The translations under genes were made by a program, and so were the position numbers. The notes under the pieces are model-generated. The model saw only the letters and a program-made list of their open reading frames with translations. It was not told the DNA's origin and searched no databases. Shown here piece by piece: positions 20,095 through 32,446 of a stretch of DNA of 64,000 bases. Source of the stretch: an uncultured Verrucomicrobiae bacterium. GTDB lineage: Bacteria > Verrucomicrobiota > Verrucomicrobiia > Chthoniobacterales > JAATET01. Every line of letters begins with the position of its first letter. Positions within the stretch are counted from its first letter, which is position 1. The stretch lies in the NCBI GenBank assembly GCA_963719495.1, contig CAVRCI010000013.1:1-64000 (forward strand), in the 5' to 3' direction.

Positions 20095-20765
20095 ATCACG
20101 TCGTCATCGCCATCGACGGACCCGCCGCCTCCGGCAAGAGCAGCGTCGCCCGCGGCCTCGGCGAACGATTCGGATTCTCCTACATCAACAGCGGCGCCAT
20201 GTATCGGGCGATCACCTGGTTCGTGCTCGAGCGTGGGGTGGACCCCGGCGACGCCGCCACCGTCGCCGACGTCATCACCGCCGCCCGCATTCAAGCCGGC
20301 TTCGAGAGCGGACGATCCACCATCGAAATCGACGGCTTCCGCCCCATCGAGCAGCTCCGGGCCAAGTCCGTCAACCGCGCCGTCTCCGCCGTCTCCGCCG
20401 TCGAAACCGTCCGCGACCGCCTCGTCGAAGTCTTCCGCGACCTCGCCGCGCGGCACGACGTCATCATCGAAGGCCGCGACATCGGCTCAGTCGTTTTCCC
20501 CGACACGCCCTACAAATTCTACCTCGACGCCCCCCACCACGTCCGCCAGCAACGCCGGTCCGCCGAAGGCGAGCAGGACGAAATCGCCTCCCGCGACCAG
20601 CACGATTCTTCCCGCCGCACCGCACCCCTCGTGATCGCCCCCGACGCGGTCGTCATCGACACTTCGCACCACGATCTCGCCGGAGTCATCTCGGCCGTTT
20701 CCGCCAGCCTCGTCGCCCGTGGCCTCTCCCCCCGCCCCCCCGGCTCCGCCACCACCGGGCCATGA
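20091..20765 (+). CDS. cmk: cytidylate kinase
   Basis: IAIDGPAASGKSS, GAMYRA, EGRDIGSVVFP; ATGA overlap with aroA. Confidence 0.95.
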   Translation: MNHVVIAIDGPAASGKSSVARGLGERFGFSYINSGAMYRAITWFVLERGVDPGDAATVADVITAARIQAGFESGRSTIEIDGFRPIEQLRAKSVNRAVSAVSAVETVRDRLVEVFRDLAARHDVIIEGRDIGSVVFPDTPYKFYLDAPHHVRQQRRSAEGEQDEIASRDQHDSSRRTAPLVIAPDAVVIDTSHHDLAGVISAVSASLVARGLSPRPPGSATTGP

Positions 20766-21382
20766 GCATCGTTTACAATATCTTCTACACTCTCGCGAAA
20801 TGGCTCGCGAAGCTGTGCTTCGACTTCCGCGTCGTCCACCCCGAGCGCATCCCCGAGTCCGGCGGCCTCATTCTCGCCGTCAATCACCAGAGCTACTTCG
20901 ACCCACCTCTCGCCGGCATCTGCTCGCGCCGCGGCGTCTACTACCTCGCGCGCAAAACCCTTCTCGAGTGGCCGTTCTTCGGCCCGCTCTTCCCCGCGAT
21001 GAACGTCATCCCGGTCGACCGCGACGGCAACGACATGTCTGCCCTCAAAGGCGTCATCCGCATCATCCGCGAGGGCAATGGCGTTGTCCTCTTCCCCGAA
21101 GGCACCCGCTCGCCCGACGGCCATCTCCAGCCCGGCCGCGCCGGCATCGGCTTCGTCGTCGCAAAAACCGGCGCGCCTGTCCTTCCCATGCGCATCTTCG
21201 GCTCCCACGAAGCCTTCCCGAAAGGAACCCGCAAAATCAACCTTCACCCGATCACCGTCGTGATCGGCGAGCCCATTCATTTCCGGCCCGAAGAACTCAA
21301 ACCCGCCACCCGCGAGACCTACCAAGCCCTCAGCGACCGCGTCATGACCGCCATCGCCGCGCTCGAACTCCCCCCCCGATGA
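20762..21382 (+). CDS. plsC: 1-acyl-sn-glycerol-3-phosphate acyltransferase
   Basis: NHQSYFD, FPEGTRS motifs. Confidence 0.92.
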   Translation: MSIVYNIFYTLAKWLAKLCFDFRVVHPERIPESGGLILAVNHQSYFDPPLAGICSRRGVYYLARKTLLEWPFFGPLFPAMNVIPVDRDGNDMSALKGVIRIIREGNGVVLFPEGTRSPDGHLQPGRAGIGFVVAKTGAPVLPMRIFGSHEAFPKGTRKINLHPITVVIGEPIHFRPEELKPATRETYQALSDRVMTAIAALELPPR

Positions 21383-21528
21383 ACGCCCTCCTCGTCACGA
21401 TCACCGCGATCCTTCTCCTCGGCACCATCGGTGCCACCCTCCTCCGCCCCGCCGATCCGGAAGTATCGCTCCAACGAAACGCAGCGGCCTGGCCACCCGC
21501 CCCCTACATCGCACCCGCGAAGGAATAG
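21379..21528 (+). CDS. small hypothetical membrane protein (49 aa)
   Basis: ATGA overlap with the plsC stop; hydrophobic N-terminus. Confidence 0.45.
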   Translation: MNALLVTITAILLLGTIGATLLRPADPEVSLQRNAAAWPPAPYIAPAKE

Positions 21529-21529
21529 G

Positions 21530-21574
21530 GGGAGCGCACGCGTCCCGCGTGCGAGGTTCGGCGTCCCGCCGAAC
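21530..21574 (+). repeat. REP-like palindromic repeat
   Basis: GGGAGCGCACGCGTCCCGCGTGC..TTCGGCGTCCCGCCG; similar copy near 45003-45043. Confidence 0.55.
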
Positions 21575-21597
21575 CAAAAACCACCGCAAGCCGACCC

Positions 21598-22293
21598 ATG
21601 CCCGACCTCCTCGAACACCTCGGCCAACCGACGCTCCGAGCCGACACCGCCATCGCCGCGCTCCTCCCACCCGAAACCCGCTGCCCGGAAGAACTCAACC
21701 TCACCCACCCCGATCTCGTCCGCCAGGCCCACGCCACCGCCATCGCCGCCGGTGCCCGCCTCATCCGCACCAACTCCTACGCGGCCAACACCCCCCACCT
21801 CGCCGCCCTCGGCCTCGCCGACCACGCCAACGAAATCACGTGGTGCGCAACGCAGCTCGCCCGTCAAGCCGCCACCGGCACCGGAGCCTTCGTCGCCGGT
21901 CGCGTCGGCCCCCTCCCGCCATCCGTCCCGATTACCGACCGCCGCGACCTCTTCCAAAAGCAAATCGGTGCCCTCCTCGACGGCAAAGTCGATCTCATCT
22001 GCCTCGAAGGCTTCACCGACCTCGCCGATCTGGCCCTCGCCGTCGAAACGAAGCACGAACTCCACCACTGTCCCGTCATCGCCTCCTTCATCCCCGACGC
22101 CACCGAATCGCTCGCCGACACCATTCGCCGCCTCTCCGCCGCCGAACCCGACATCCTCGGCCTCGACAGCCTGCCCATCGAAGAGATCCTCGCTCACCTC
22201 GTAAAAATTACGGCCGACCTCCCCCTCGCCATCTTCCCAAAGACCGAAGCCCCCACCTCCCCCCACTACCAAATCGCCGGAATCAATCCTTAG
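21598..22293 (+). CDS. homocysteine S-methyltransferase family protein, C-terminally short
   Basis: CPEELNLTHPDLV, AGARLIRTNSY, FVAGRVGP; no GGCC motif. Confidence 0.7.
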   Translation: MPDLLEHLGQPTLRADTAIAALLPPETRCPEELNLTHPDLVRQAHATAIAAGARLIRTNSYAANTPHLAALGLADHANEITWCATQLARQAATGTGAFVAGRVGPLPPSVPITDRRDLFQKQIGALLDGKVDLICLEGFTDLADLALAVETKHELHHCPVIASFIPDATESLADTIRRLSAAEPDILGLDSLPIEEILAHLVKITADLPLAIFPKTEAPTSPHYQIAGINP

Positions 22294-22347
22294 GCCGCAT
22301 CTCTTTCATCCCTTTGCGACCTTCGCGACCTTCTGTTCCAGAGCATC

Positions 22348-22815
22348 TCACCCCCGCTTCGGCTCGAAGAACGACCGAAACACAAAAATCACCGCCGCGA
22401 TCGAGATGCACGAATCCGCCACGTTGAACGAAGGCCACGGACTCGCGAACGGCACGTGCAGATCGAACATCAAAAAATCGATCACGTGCCCGTGCAACAA
22501 GCGGTCCGTGAGATTCCCTAGAATCCCACTCACCAGCAACGCCGCCCCGATCGCCACCCAGCGATCCGCGAACGCCCCACGACGGTAAAAAATCACGATC
22601 GCAATCAGAGCCACCACCGACAGCCCGATGAAGAACCCATTGCTGTCCTGCAACATCCCGAAGGCGGCCCCCGTGTTGTGGACTTGCACGAGGTAAAACC
22701 AATCCGGAATCACCTCCACGCTCTCCGCCGTCCCGATCGACCGCAGCACCAGCCACTTCGTCACCTGATCCAGGACGTAAAGCGGCAACGTCAGAAAAAC
22801 CAGCAGCCGAATCAT
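22348..22815 (-). CDS. lspA: lipoprotein signal peptidase II
   Basis: LDQVTK, NTGAAFG, GNLTDR, VIDF, FNVADS. Confidence 0.96.
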   Translation of the reverse strand: MIRLLVFLTLPLYVLDQVTKWLVLRSIGTAESVEVIPDWFYLVQVHNTGAAFGMLQDSNGFFIGLSVVALIAIVIFYRRGAFADRWVAIGAALLVSGILGNLTDRLLHGHVIDFLMFDLHVPFASPWPSFNVADSCISIAAVIFVFRSFFEPKRG

Positions 22816-22840
22816 GACCGAGACTCCGGAAGAAATTTTA

Positions 22841-22927
22841 GGCCGCAAAAAAGCGCAGAAAGCTCAAAAAAGTGCAGTTTCATTTGATTCTTACCCCATT
22901 TTGCGATTTCTGCGCCTCTTCGCGGCC
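22841..22927. repeat. imperfect inverted-repeat element between ileS and lspA
   Basis: GGCCGCAAAAAAGCGCAGAAAGCTCAAAA ... TTTTGCGATTTCTGCGCCTCTTCGCGGCC. Confidence 0.55.
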
Positions 22928-22929
22928 AA

Positions 22930-25626
<2,697 letters not shown>

Positions 25627-25855
25627 CGAGAAGCGGCGTTAAGTAACACCCTCCCGCCCAAGGGTCAATTCACTCCCCGGTTTGATCCAGTAGTTCTCAT
25701 TTTGGGGTAGCGGCAGACAAGGGGGAGATGTGAGAGGGTTGGAGCAAAGGGATGAGCGTGGAGTGGCCGCCGGGATTGATGGGCGGCGGGGCGGGACCGG
25801 TACAGGCTGCGCCAGCGCGGCAGGCTGACGCGCGATTGGCCGCAAGAATGCGGGT

Positions 25856-26190
25856 TCAGTTTCGAAGCGAGGCGTAGGGGCCGATTTCCAGACCCCGGAG
25901 CAGGAAGTCCATGAGGTGGTGAGCGTGCGGATGTGCTCGAAGAACTTGCGCCGAGCGCCCACGGTGGAGCGAACGAGGCGGTAGTTGCCGTCGGTGAGTT
26001 CGAGCAGAGTGTGCAGGCCGTTGCCCTCCTCCAACTCCCCGACCCACTGGGAGGGTCCGGGGCTCACCACGACCGGGGTCAGCGCGCTGTGGTAATGCGT
26101 CGTGCATCCATTGGCGTGCTCGATGCGCGAGCAGTGCGGACAGTGGATGTTCTCGGACTGGGAGGAAAAATACCAGGTGCCGTCCAAAGC
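25856..26190 (-). pseudogene. internally deleted, frameshifted ISNCY-like transposase remnant
   Basis: LDGTWYFSS..IHCPHC..HSALTPVVVSPG fused to HTLLELTD.NYRLVR..RRKFFEHIRTLT; LMDFLLRGLEIGPY in the adjacent frame; family recognised from memory. Confidence 0.6.
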
Positions 26191-26439
26191 TATTTCGTAA
26201 CATTCGCGCCACTTCGAGTGTTGCCCTCCAATTCACCTCCCCTTCGAGTCAGCCGACCGCCCACTGGCACTTCAACAATGCCAAAATGAGAACTGCTGCG
26301 GTTTGATCACGCCGCCCGGCAAATGGTGGAGCCCCGAAGAAACGCAGAAATCACCGAAATTCCGGACTTTGTGCTTGCGTTTAGGGCCCTAAACGTCAAG
26401 TTTCTGCCCCTCTATCGAGCTATTCACTCGCATCCCGTC

Positions 26440-26874
26440 ATGAATCCTGCATCCAAGTCCGCCCGCCTCCGCGCCCAGACCGAAGATACCGAGTTCTCGA
26501 CCTCGTCGAAGATCCTCTTCTTCATGCCCATCCTGCTCATCGCTCTTTGGGTTGGGTCCATTTTTTACCACTCCGAACGCGTCGTTCCGCGCGACGTCGT
26601 GACCCTTCAGGATTATTACCATCGCTACGGCGATCCAACCAATGCCAGCACTTTTCGGCGGGGAGGCATTGTCTATTACCGGGTCGTTGGAGAAATTTCC
26701 GCTCCGCTCGCCTTCCCCGACGGGCCACCGCAATACATCTTCGACTACCTGGGCCGCCTCGACGATTGGACGCCGGAATACCGCAAAGATCCCGAGTTTC
26801 AGAAGAAGTGGGCCGCCTCCGGCGAGCGCGTGGTCTCGATCCCCGAGCTGCTGCAGCGGTTTCCGAAGAGGTAG
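26440..26874 (+). CDS. hypothetical membrane-anchored protein
   Basis: one TM helix followed by a soluble domain; ATG at 26440. Confidence 0.6.
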   Translation: MNPASKSARLRAQTEDTEFSTSSKILFFMPILLIALWVGSIFYHSERVVPRDVVTLQDYYHRYGDPTNASTFRRGGIVYYRVVGEISAPLAFPDGPPQYIFDYLGRLDDWTPEYRKDPEFQKKWAASGERVVSIPELLQRFPKR

Positions 26875-26907
26875 TGCGATGACCGGCGGTTCAGCCGCCC
26901 GTGCCTG

Positions 26908-27651
26908 ATGCGAAGACTTCTGGCCGCCCTCATCCTCGCCTTCATCGCGTTCATCATTGTCTTCCAATTCCGGAATCGTCAACGGCCCGCGGTCCCCGCA
27001 GTCGGCCCCTTCACCCTCGCCGAACGCCTCGTCCAAATCGGCCCCGGCGCACGCCAACGTCTGAACCCCGCGTTCGAGAAAGCCGGAATTTCTTACCCCC
27101 CGACCTCCGCGGTTCTCGTCGCATTCAAGCGCGAGCGCCGCATCGAGCTTCATGCGTCCGAGAGCCCGAATTCGCTCCCGACCTTCGTCGCCACCTATCC
27201 AATCCTCGGCCAAAGCGGTCGACTCGGCCCCAAGCTCCGCGAGGGTGACCACCAAATCCCCGAAGGGTTCTATCGGCTACTTGCTCTCAATCCAAACAGC
27301 CGCTTCCACGTCTCGATCCGCGTCGACTACCCCAACGAGTTCGATTTGACCCAAGCCCGACGGGAGCATCGCGACCAGCCCGGGACCGACATTTTCATTC
27401 ACGGATCCAACCAATCCGTCGGCTGCCTGGCCATCGGCGACCCCGCCGCCGAGGAGCTCTTCGTCCTCGCGCACGATACCGGCCTCGCCCACCTCGAACT
27501 CCTCATCGCCCCCTTCGACCCCCGCACGCCAGCGCCGCCTCCCGAATTCAACACCCCATCCTGGATGCGCCCCGTCTACGAACGGCTCACCCGGAGAATC
27601 ACCGAACTCCCCGTGGAAAATCGCACTCCCGATCATCAAACCGCCCGCTGA
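26908..27651 (+). CDS. L,D-transpeptidase family protein (YafK/DpaA-like)
   Basis: GPKLREGDHQIPEGFY, NPNSRFH, YPN..D, IFIHG...SVGCLA. Confidence 0.9.
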   Translation: MRRLLAALILAFIAFIIVFQFRNRQRPAVPAVGPFTLAERLVQIGPGARQRLNPAFEKAGISYPPTSAVLVAFKRERRIELHASESPNSLPTFVATYPILGQSGRLGPKLREGDHQIPEGFYRLLALNPNSRFHVSIRVDYPNEFDLTQARREHRDQPGTDIFIHGSNQSVGCLAIGDPAAEELFVLAHDTGLAHLELLIAPFDPRTPAPPPEFNTPSWMRPVYERLTRRITELPVENRTPDHQTAR

Positions 27652-27768
27652 ACGGAGCATTTGCACCAACCACGAAGGCCCGGATCTCAAGCCCGGTCAC
27701 CCGCAGCCGAGCAAGAGATCGAAGCATCAAAATTTCATTGAAACTCGGGCTTGAATCTTCAGATCAAC

Positions 27769-28296
27769 TCAATAATACGGCGAGATCATCAGGTAAACGA
27801 CCACTCCCGTGACGCTTACGTAAAGCCAAATCGGCATCGTCCACCGTGCAATCCGGCGGTGCTGCGCAATCCGCCCCGTCAACGCCCGAAACACCGTCAC
27901 CAAGGCCAGCGGCACAATCGCCGCCGCCAGCACGATGTGCGTAATCAGGATAAAATAATAGACGCCCCGGGAAATGCCCGTTCCGCCGTAGGGCGTCGAT
28001 TCGGACAGAAAGTGATAGAGTAAATACGTCACCAAAAACAAAGCCGTCGTCCCGAACGCACAGAAAATGAACGTCTTGTGAAGCGCGACCTGTTTTCTCA
28101 AAATCGAAATCAGCGCCGCCACGAGGAACACCGTCGTGAACGAGTTCAAGACTGCGTTGATCAAGGGGAGGATTCTCACGTCGAAACCAACGGTCCCCTG
28201 GTAATTCCCCGCAAAAAAAGCGACAGCGACCAACCCGTTGATCAGCAACGTCAACCCAATCACCCAATTCCGATATGGCGTCACCTCTTTGTTCAT
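27769..28296 (-). CDS. DUF420 membrane protein
   Basis: INAVLNS, H..F..AF, YYFILITHIVLA, HRRIARWTMPIWLYVSVTGVVVY. Confidence 0.9.
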   Translation of the reverse strand: MNKEVTPYRNWVIGLTLLINGLVAVAFFAGNYQGTVGFDVRILPLINAVLNSFTTVFLVAALISILRKQVALHKTFIFCAFGTTALFLVTYLLYHFLSESTPYGGTGISRGVYYFILITHIVLAAAIVPLALVTVFRALTGRIAQHRRIARWTMPIWLYVSVTGVVVYLMISPYY

Positions 28297-28743
28297 CGCA
28301 GAAACACTTACGCCAAAACATCGCGTCCGGGAGAAAAAATATCCGGGCGGCTTCCGATCATTCTCTCACTACAGAACCCGCATTCGTTTTTTCTTCGGCA
28401 AACTCCAACTCACTCCCATCTCCCTTTCAAAAGTCCCACGGAATTTCACTAAGAACCGGAAAGATGGCTCAGCCGAGCGGCGCGAGACAGCCGTTTGAAG
28501 ACTGCCCCGCAGGGGTGAGCAAAGCGAAGCTAAGGTCGGCGGCGACTTCGGAGGGCAGATCCAGACGCGGGACGTAAGCTTGGGCGTTTGGTTGGAGCTG
28601 GATCCGGCAGCCCTGCCAGGGGATGGCGGGAAAGACGGCAGCTCTGGCGGCACCCCTGCCGTCATGGGCGTCGCTGACGAGGGAACAGAATCCGCTAAGG
28701 GATCGGGCCGCTCATTGATGAGTCGTTCGTAGCTGATGCGGGA

Positions 28744-29517
28744 TCAAGCGCAGCGGCGAAAGCGATAGACGAAGAACGCCAAGCCCCCGAGAGCAAGCAG
28801 GGCGTAAGTGGAGGGTTCGGGGACGGCGGAGACGGTGCCTTGCAATGAAACGTTGTCCAGAAAACCCGTGCCCGAGCGATTATTGGAATCATCCGCGAAG
28901 ACGATTCGGAAGGTTGCGGACGAAACGCCCGTGAAGTCGGATCCCAAACCAGCGAGATCGACCGTCAGGAATCTACTATCATCCAACGTGGTGGTGTCGC
29001 TCAAGCTCTTGAAGCCTCGTTGCGTGAAATCGATTTCTTTACTCGTTTGCACGAACAGCCGGGAATTCCGGGGGGGTGTGCCAGCGAAGCGGGACGAAGC
29101 GTAGGAAAAAGTTTCCAAATCAATGAAAAATCCAGAATCGGCGGTGATCGTAAATTCGACGTAATTCCCAAGAGTGTTGGCCGCGGGACCGCCGTTCGCC
29201 CACCCCGTATCCGAACCTGGATTGCCATCGTAGGTTCTCGCGATTTTCAAAGCCTGAGTGGCCCCTCCCGTGAACACCCCGGAAGTTGCCGGGCCTTCCG
29301 TCGAACTGAAGCCGGAGTCGTCGTAACTCAACGTGTTCCCCGCGGACCCGGAAATGAAATCCGTGCTGGTGGTGTTCAGCCCTTGGAAACTGAGATCCGG
29401 CGCCAGAGTCTCGGCATTGAAGTTGTAAGCGGTGATGACCGCGCCCTGAGCGGACGAGAGGGCCAACAGTGCGGTGGCTGCAACCGCGAGGCCTGCGAGG
29501 TAGGAATTTTTTGTCAT
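28744..29517 (-). CDS. PEP-CTERM sorting-domain protein
   Basis: signal peptide; VPEPSTYALLALGGLAFFVYRFRR. Confidence 0.92.
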   Translation of the reverse strand: MTKNSYLAGLAVAATALLALSSAQGAVITAYNFNAETLAPDLSFQGLNTTSTDFISGSAGNTLSYDDSGFSSTEGPATSGVFTGGATQALKIARTYDGNPGSDTGWANGGPAANTLGNYVEFTITADSGFFIDLETFSYASSRFAGTPPRNSRLFVQTSKEIDFTQRGFKSLSDTTTLDDSRFLTVDLAGLGSDFTGVSSATFRIVFADDSNNRSGTGFLDNVSLQGTVSAVPEPSTYALLALGGLAFFVYRFRRCA

Positions 29518-29579
29518 GGAGTGGGGTGGGGTGGTTGGATGAAATGTCGGCGAAGACGAACGTCCGGTCTACTCAAAAG

Positions 29580-29595
29580 TTTACTGCGTTTTAAA
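29580..29595. promoter_or_regulatory. candidate LacI-family operator
   Basis: TTTACTG-CG-TTTTAAA upstream of the PEP-CTERM gene; similar to sites at 37019 and 38549. Confidence 0.5.
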
Positions 29596-29721
29596 GTAAC
29601 GTCAAACGGTTTCACCAGCACCCCGGTGGGTGAGCCGCACTCTGGTAGATTTCATGAGTGGTGACTCGGCGTCGACGGCCAATGGGCCGAGCTGGGAGCC
29701 CTTACCCTAAATCCTGAAATG

Positions 29722-29850
29722 GACAGGATTAACAGGATCGACAGGATGGACAGGATTGAATTTCAGTGATTTTCAGAGTGGGGCCACGCACCAAGTAGGT
29801 GAGCCATCAATCTAGCGTAAGCCATTTTCGATCATCCTGTTAATCCTGTC
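29722..29850. repeat. inverted-repeat element with ACAGGAT tandem units
   Basis: GACAGGATTAACAGGAT (29722-29738) and its exact reverse complement (29834-29850). Confidence 0.7.
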
Positions 29851-29973
29851 TGCCTTCCCTCTCTAGGCTTAGCAGAATGCGGCATAATCCGGTATCAGTA
29901 GGTTAGGGAAACGCCAGGGCCGTCGATGCCTGGAGACACTCCGCAATCGCCTTGCGGTCCGACGGGGGCGGGT

Positions 29974-30591
29974 TCAAGGCACGAGCGCGCCCGTGGTCAC
30001 GAGATCGTCGATGCGGGCCACGCCGCGCCGGGCGTTGTCCTCGAAAAAGGCGATCCGGATGGTGATCTTGCCGCCAACCCGGAAGTCCGGATCGAAGGTC
30101 CGCTTGACCATCGAGTCCTTGCTGAAGGTCGAGGCATTGTCCGAAGAGAACGGCTTCCCCACGGCGCGAAAGGGTTCGTCGTCGATGCTCACGAAGACGA
30201 CGCCTCGGCGGGGAGAGCTTTCGGTCCGGGAGTAATGAAAAGAGATTTCTTCGATGGCAACCCGCATCCCCTCCCCGGCTTCGAGGGTGAATTCCAGCCA
30301 GGCTCCTTCGTTCAAGGCCTGCTCCGCGGTGGCGGCATACTTGGGAGCGGAAAGGGTCAACGCGAGGTTGCTGCCCACGCCGTAAGCCGCCATGGAGGCT
30401 CCGACCAAGGGCTTCCAGAAATCCAGGGTGGCGTCGGCGGACGCGGTGAGTTCGGAGACTGTGATGCCGGGAGGAGGCAGGAAGGAGGACACTTCTTCGT
30501 CGTCGAAGTTGAAGTGGGCGAGGACGGGTGGCTCGCCCGCGTGAATCAATCCGCAGGCGGCGAGGGCGAACAAAAGGATCGTGTTTTTCAT
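29974..30591 (-). CDS. secreted hypothetical protein, homologous to the adjacent PEP-CTERM protein but without the anchor
   Basis: signal peptide; AHFNF, WLEFTLEA, SRTESSPR, TIRIAF, IDDL align by eye with 28744-29517. Confidence 0.75.
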   Translation of the reverse strand: MKNTILLFALAACGLIHAGEPPVLAHFNFDDEEVSSFLPPPGITVSELTASADATLDFWKPLVGASMAAYGVGSNLALTLSAPKYAATAEQALNEGAWLEFTLEAGEGMRVAIEEISFHYSRTESSPRRGVVFVSIDDEPFRAVGKPFSSDNASTFSKDSMVKRTFDPDFRVGGKITIRIAFFEDNARRGVARIDDLVTTGALVP

Positions 30592-30668
30592 GGTCGAAGG
30601 TGGGTGGTCACGTCGGTGATTTCAGAAACGCTGGGCCCGTTGAAGGCTCGGGTCGGATCGCGCGGAGT

Positions 30669-31325
30669 TCAGGGCCGATAGACCGTGCCACGACCGGTGA
30701 CGGGATCGACTTGGACGGTGGCGAAATTCTGGGCCGGGCGGCTTTCCGTCGGGGTCGAGGCGATCGGGACCACGGTGACCGTCCAAGCGTTCCCGCCCGA
30801 TCCGGGTCCACCGACCGGGAGTTCCGTGGAACCGTCGGGACGAAACCGCACGGATTTGAAAGACCGTCCGTCCGTGGCACCGCCAGAACCCGCGCCACCG
30901 GCGCGGTTTGCGCCGGCGAGTAGGGAGGAGAATTGCGGGTCTCCGCTGATCGCGACGCCATTCGGCAGTCGTTGAATCTTGCCGAGAGGCTCGCCGTTCT
31001 CCATGCGATACATCTGCACCGCTTGCCACTGGTTGCCGTCGCCGACGGCCTCCGGAAGGTTCCAGAAGCGGAGTTCAACGCGTGAATTCTCCGCCATGGC
31101 TGTCTGCCGAGCGAGGTCGAGCTGCCCCGCGACGATGTCGCCGGCGGACGTGACGCTGCCGGCGCCGCCGATGGCGGTAAACGCGGGAACGACCAATGCC
31201 GCCAGGATCACGATGAGAGCGATGACGACGAGCAGCTCGACGAGGCTAAAGGCTCTCCCGTTATCGGGCTCGAGTCGGCGATGACTCCTCGTTGCTGGCG
31301 GGGTGTGGTTGGGGCAATCGGTCAT
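30669..31325 (-). CDS. Verru_Chthon cassette protein D (pilin-like)
   Basis: AFSLVELLVVIAL prepilin motif; ARQTA, VELRF, FRPDGST, NFATVQVDPVTGR..YRP. Confidence 0.9.
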   Translation of the reverse strand: MTDCPNHTPPATRSHRRLEPDNGRAFSLVELLVVIALIVILAALVVPAFTAIGGAGSVTSAGDIVAGQLDLARQTAMAENSRVELRFWNLPEAVGDGNQWQAVQMYRMENGEPLGKIQRLPNGVAISGDPQFSSLLAGANRAGGAGSGGATDGRSFKSVRFRPDGSTELPVGGPGSGGNAWTVTVVPIASTPTESRPAQNFATVQVDPVTGRGTVYRP

Positions 31326-31348
31326 GCGAAGGTGGCGGCGGGCGCGGG

Positions 31349-32446
31349 TCAGTCCGCACTGAATTTTGCCTGGCGAATCAGAACGTTGGTCGTGAAGACG
31401 CGGTAAGTCAGGTTCTCGTCGTCTAAAAAATTGGTGAGTCGTTCGAGATCGTTCGTCAGTTGGGTCGGAGGCGGAGCGGCGGGATCGGGTGACACGTTGA
31501 AGAGGGCTCCCGGCTGGAGCAGCGGAGCGCTGCCGCCGTATTTTTCTTCGAGCCGGGCGGCGGACGGTTCGTCGAGGGCCACGAGGGTGACCTGGACGTA
31601 AGGCGGGAGTTGATTGCGGCTGACTGGATTCGCGCCGGCGAGGTAGCCTTTCGTGTCGAAGGTGTAGTTCGCGGTGAGTGGCGTTCCCGGGTCGTTTTCA
31701 GCCCGGCGAGGCCAGACGATGGCCATCACGATATTCTCCGCCACGGGACGGGACGGCGACGATGGGTTGGCTAGTGGAACCCTGAACCAGTCGAAACGAT
31801 TGGTTTCCGTGAAGGGGTTCTCGTAGATGCCCAGTTTCTCGCTGCTTTGAAGCATCTGCATGAGCCGGTATCGATTCTTCGGCGGGATGATCCCATCCAG
31901 AAAGCTGGGCCGCCAGGCGTCGTCGCTGCCGTATTCGACGTAGTAGCCCACGGCGTTGAGGAGATTCGCCAGGTCGGCGTCGCCCGTGGCCGGGGTCGAG
32001 GAAAAGCCCAGCGGCGCTTGGAAGAAGGTGCCGTGCCCGGGGTGAATCTTGCCCGGGGCCGCGGGAACGAGATCGCTGGCTTGGCCAGTCACCAAGTGGA
32101 GTTCGGACTGGCGCAGATATTGGTCGGGCGTAAAGACTCCACCGGCGTCTTCGACCTCTTTCGGGGTGCGATCGTTGGCGTCGACGTAGTCGAAATAGGT
32201 GTTCAGGGACGCCTGGCTCAGACGGCGCGTGAGCGACTCGAAGCCGGCACGGCTCTCCCGAAAGGCTGAGATTTTCCCCGTGGTCTGCTGCCAGACGCCG
32301 CGGGTGTGGTTGACGATGGTCGCGGTGACCAACATCAGGATCGCCAGTAGCGCCATCGAAACGAGCAACTCGACGAGGGTGAACGCTCGCGGAGCGCGAG
32401 AAATCACCATCGGCGTCTCGATCCGAGGATGGATGGGGCGGCTCAT
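31349..32446 (-). CDS. Verru_Chthon cassette protein C (pilin-like)
   Basis: AFTLVELLVSM; RRLSQASLNTYFDY, YLRQSELH, FFQAPLG, NQLPP. Confidence 0.92.
   Translation of the reverse strand: MSRPIHPRIETPMVISRAPRAFTLVELLVSMALLAILMLVTATIVNHTRGVWQQTTGKISAFRESRAGFESLTRRLSQASLNTYFDYVDANDRTPKEVEDAGGVFTPDQYLRQSELHLVTGQASDLVPAAPGKIHPGHGTFFQAPLGFSSTPATGDADLANLLNAVGYYVEYGSDDAWRPSFLDGIIPPKNRYRLMQMLQSSEKLGIYENPFTETNRFDWFRVPLANPSSPSRPVAENIVMAIVWPRRAENDPGTPLTANYTFDTKGYLAGANPVSRNQLPPYVQVTLVALDEPSAARLEEKYGGSAPLLQPGALFNVSPDPAAPPPTQLTNDLERLTNFLDDENLTYRVFTTNVLIRQAKFSAD

Noticed and set aside
28460..28740. Riboswitch or ncRNA at the island edge
   Set aside because: GC-rich hairpins are present but no recognisable aptamer consensus; part of it matches a dispersed repeat also seen near 11110.
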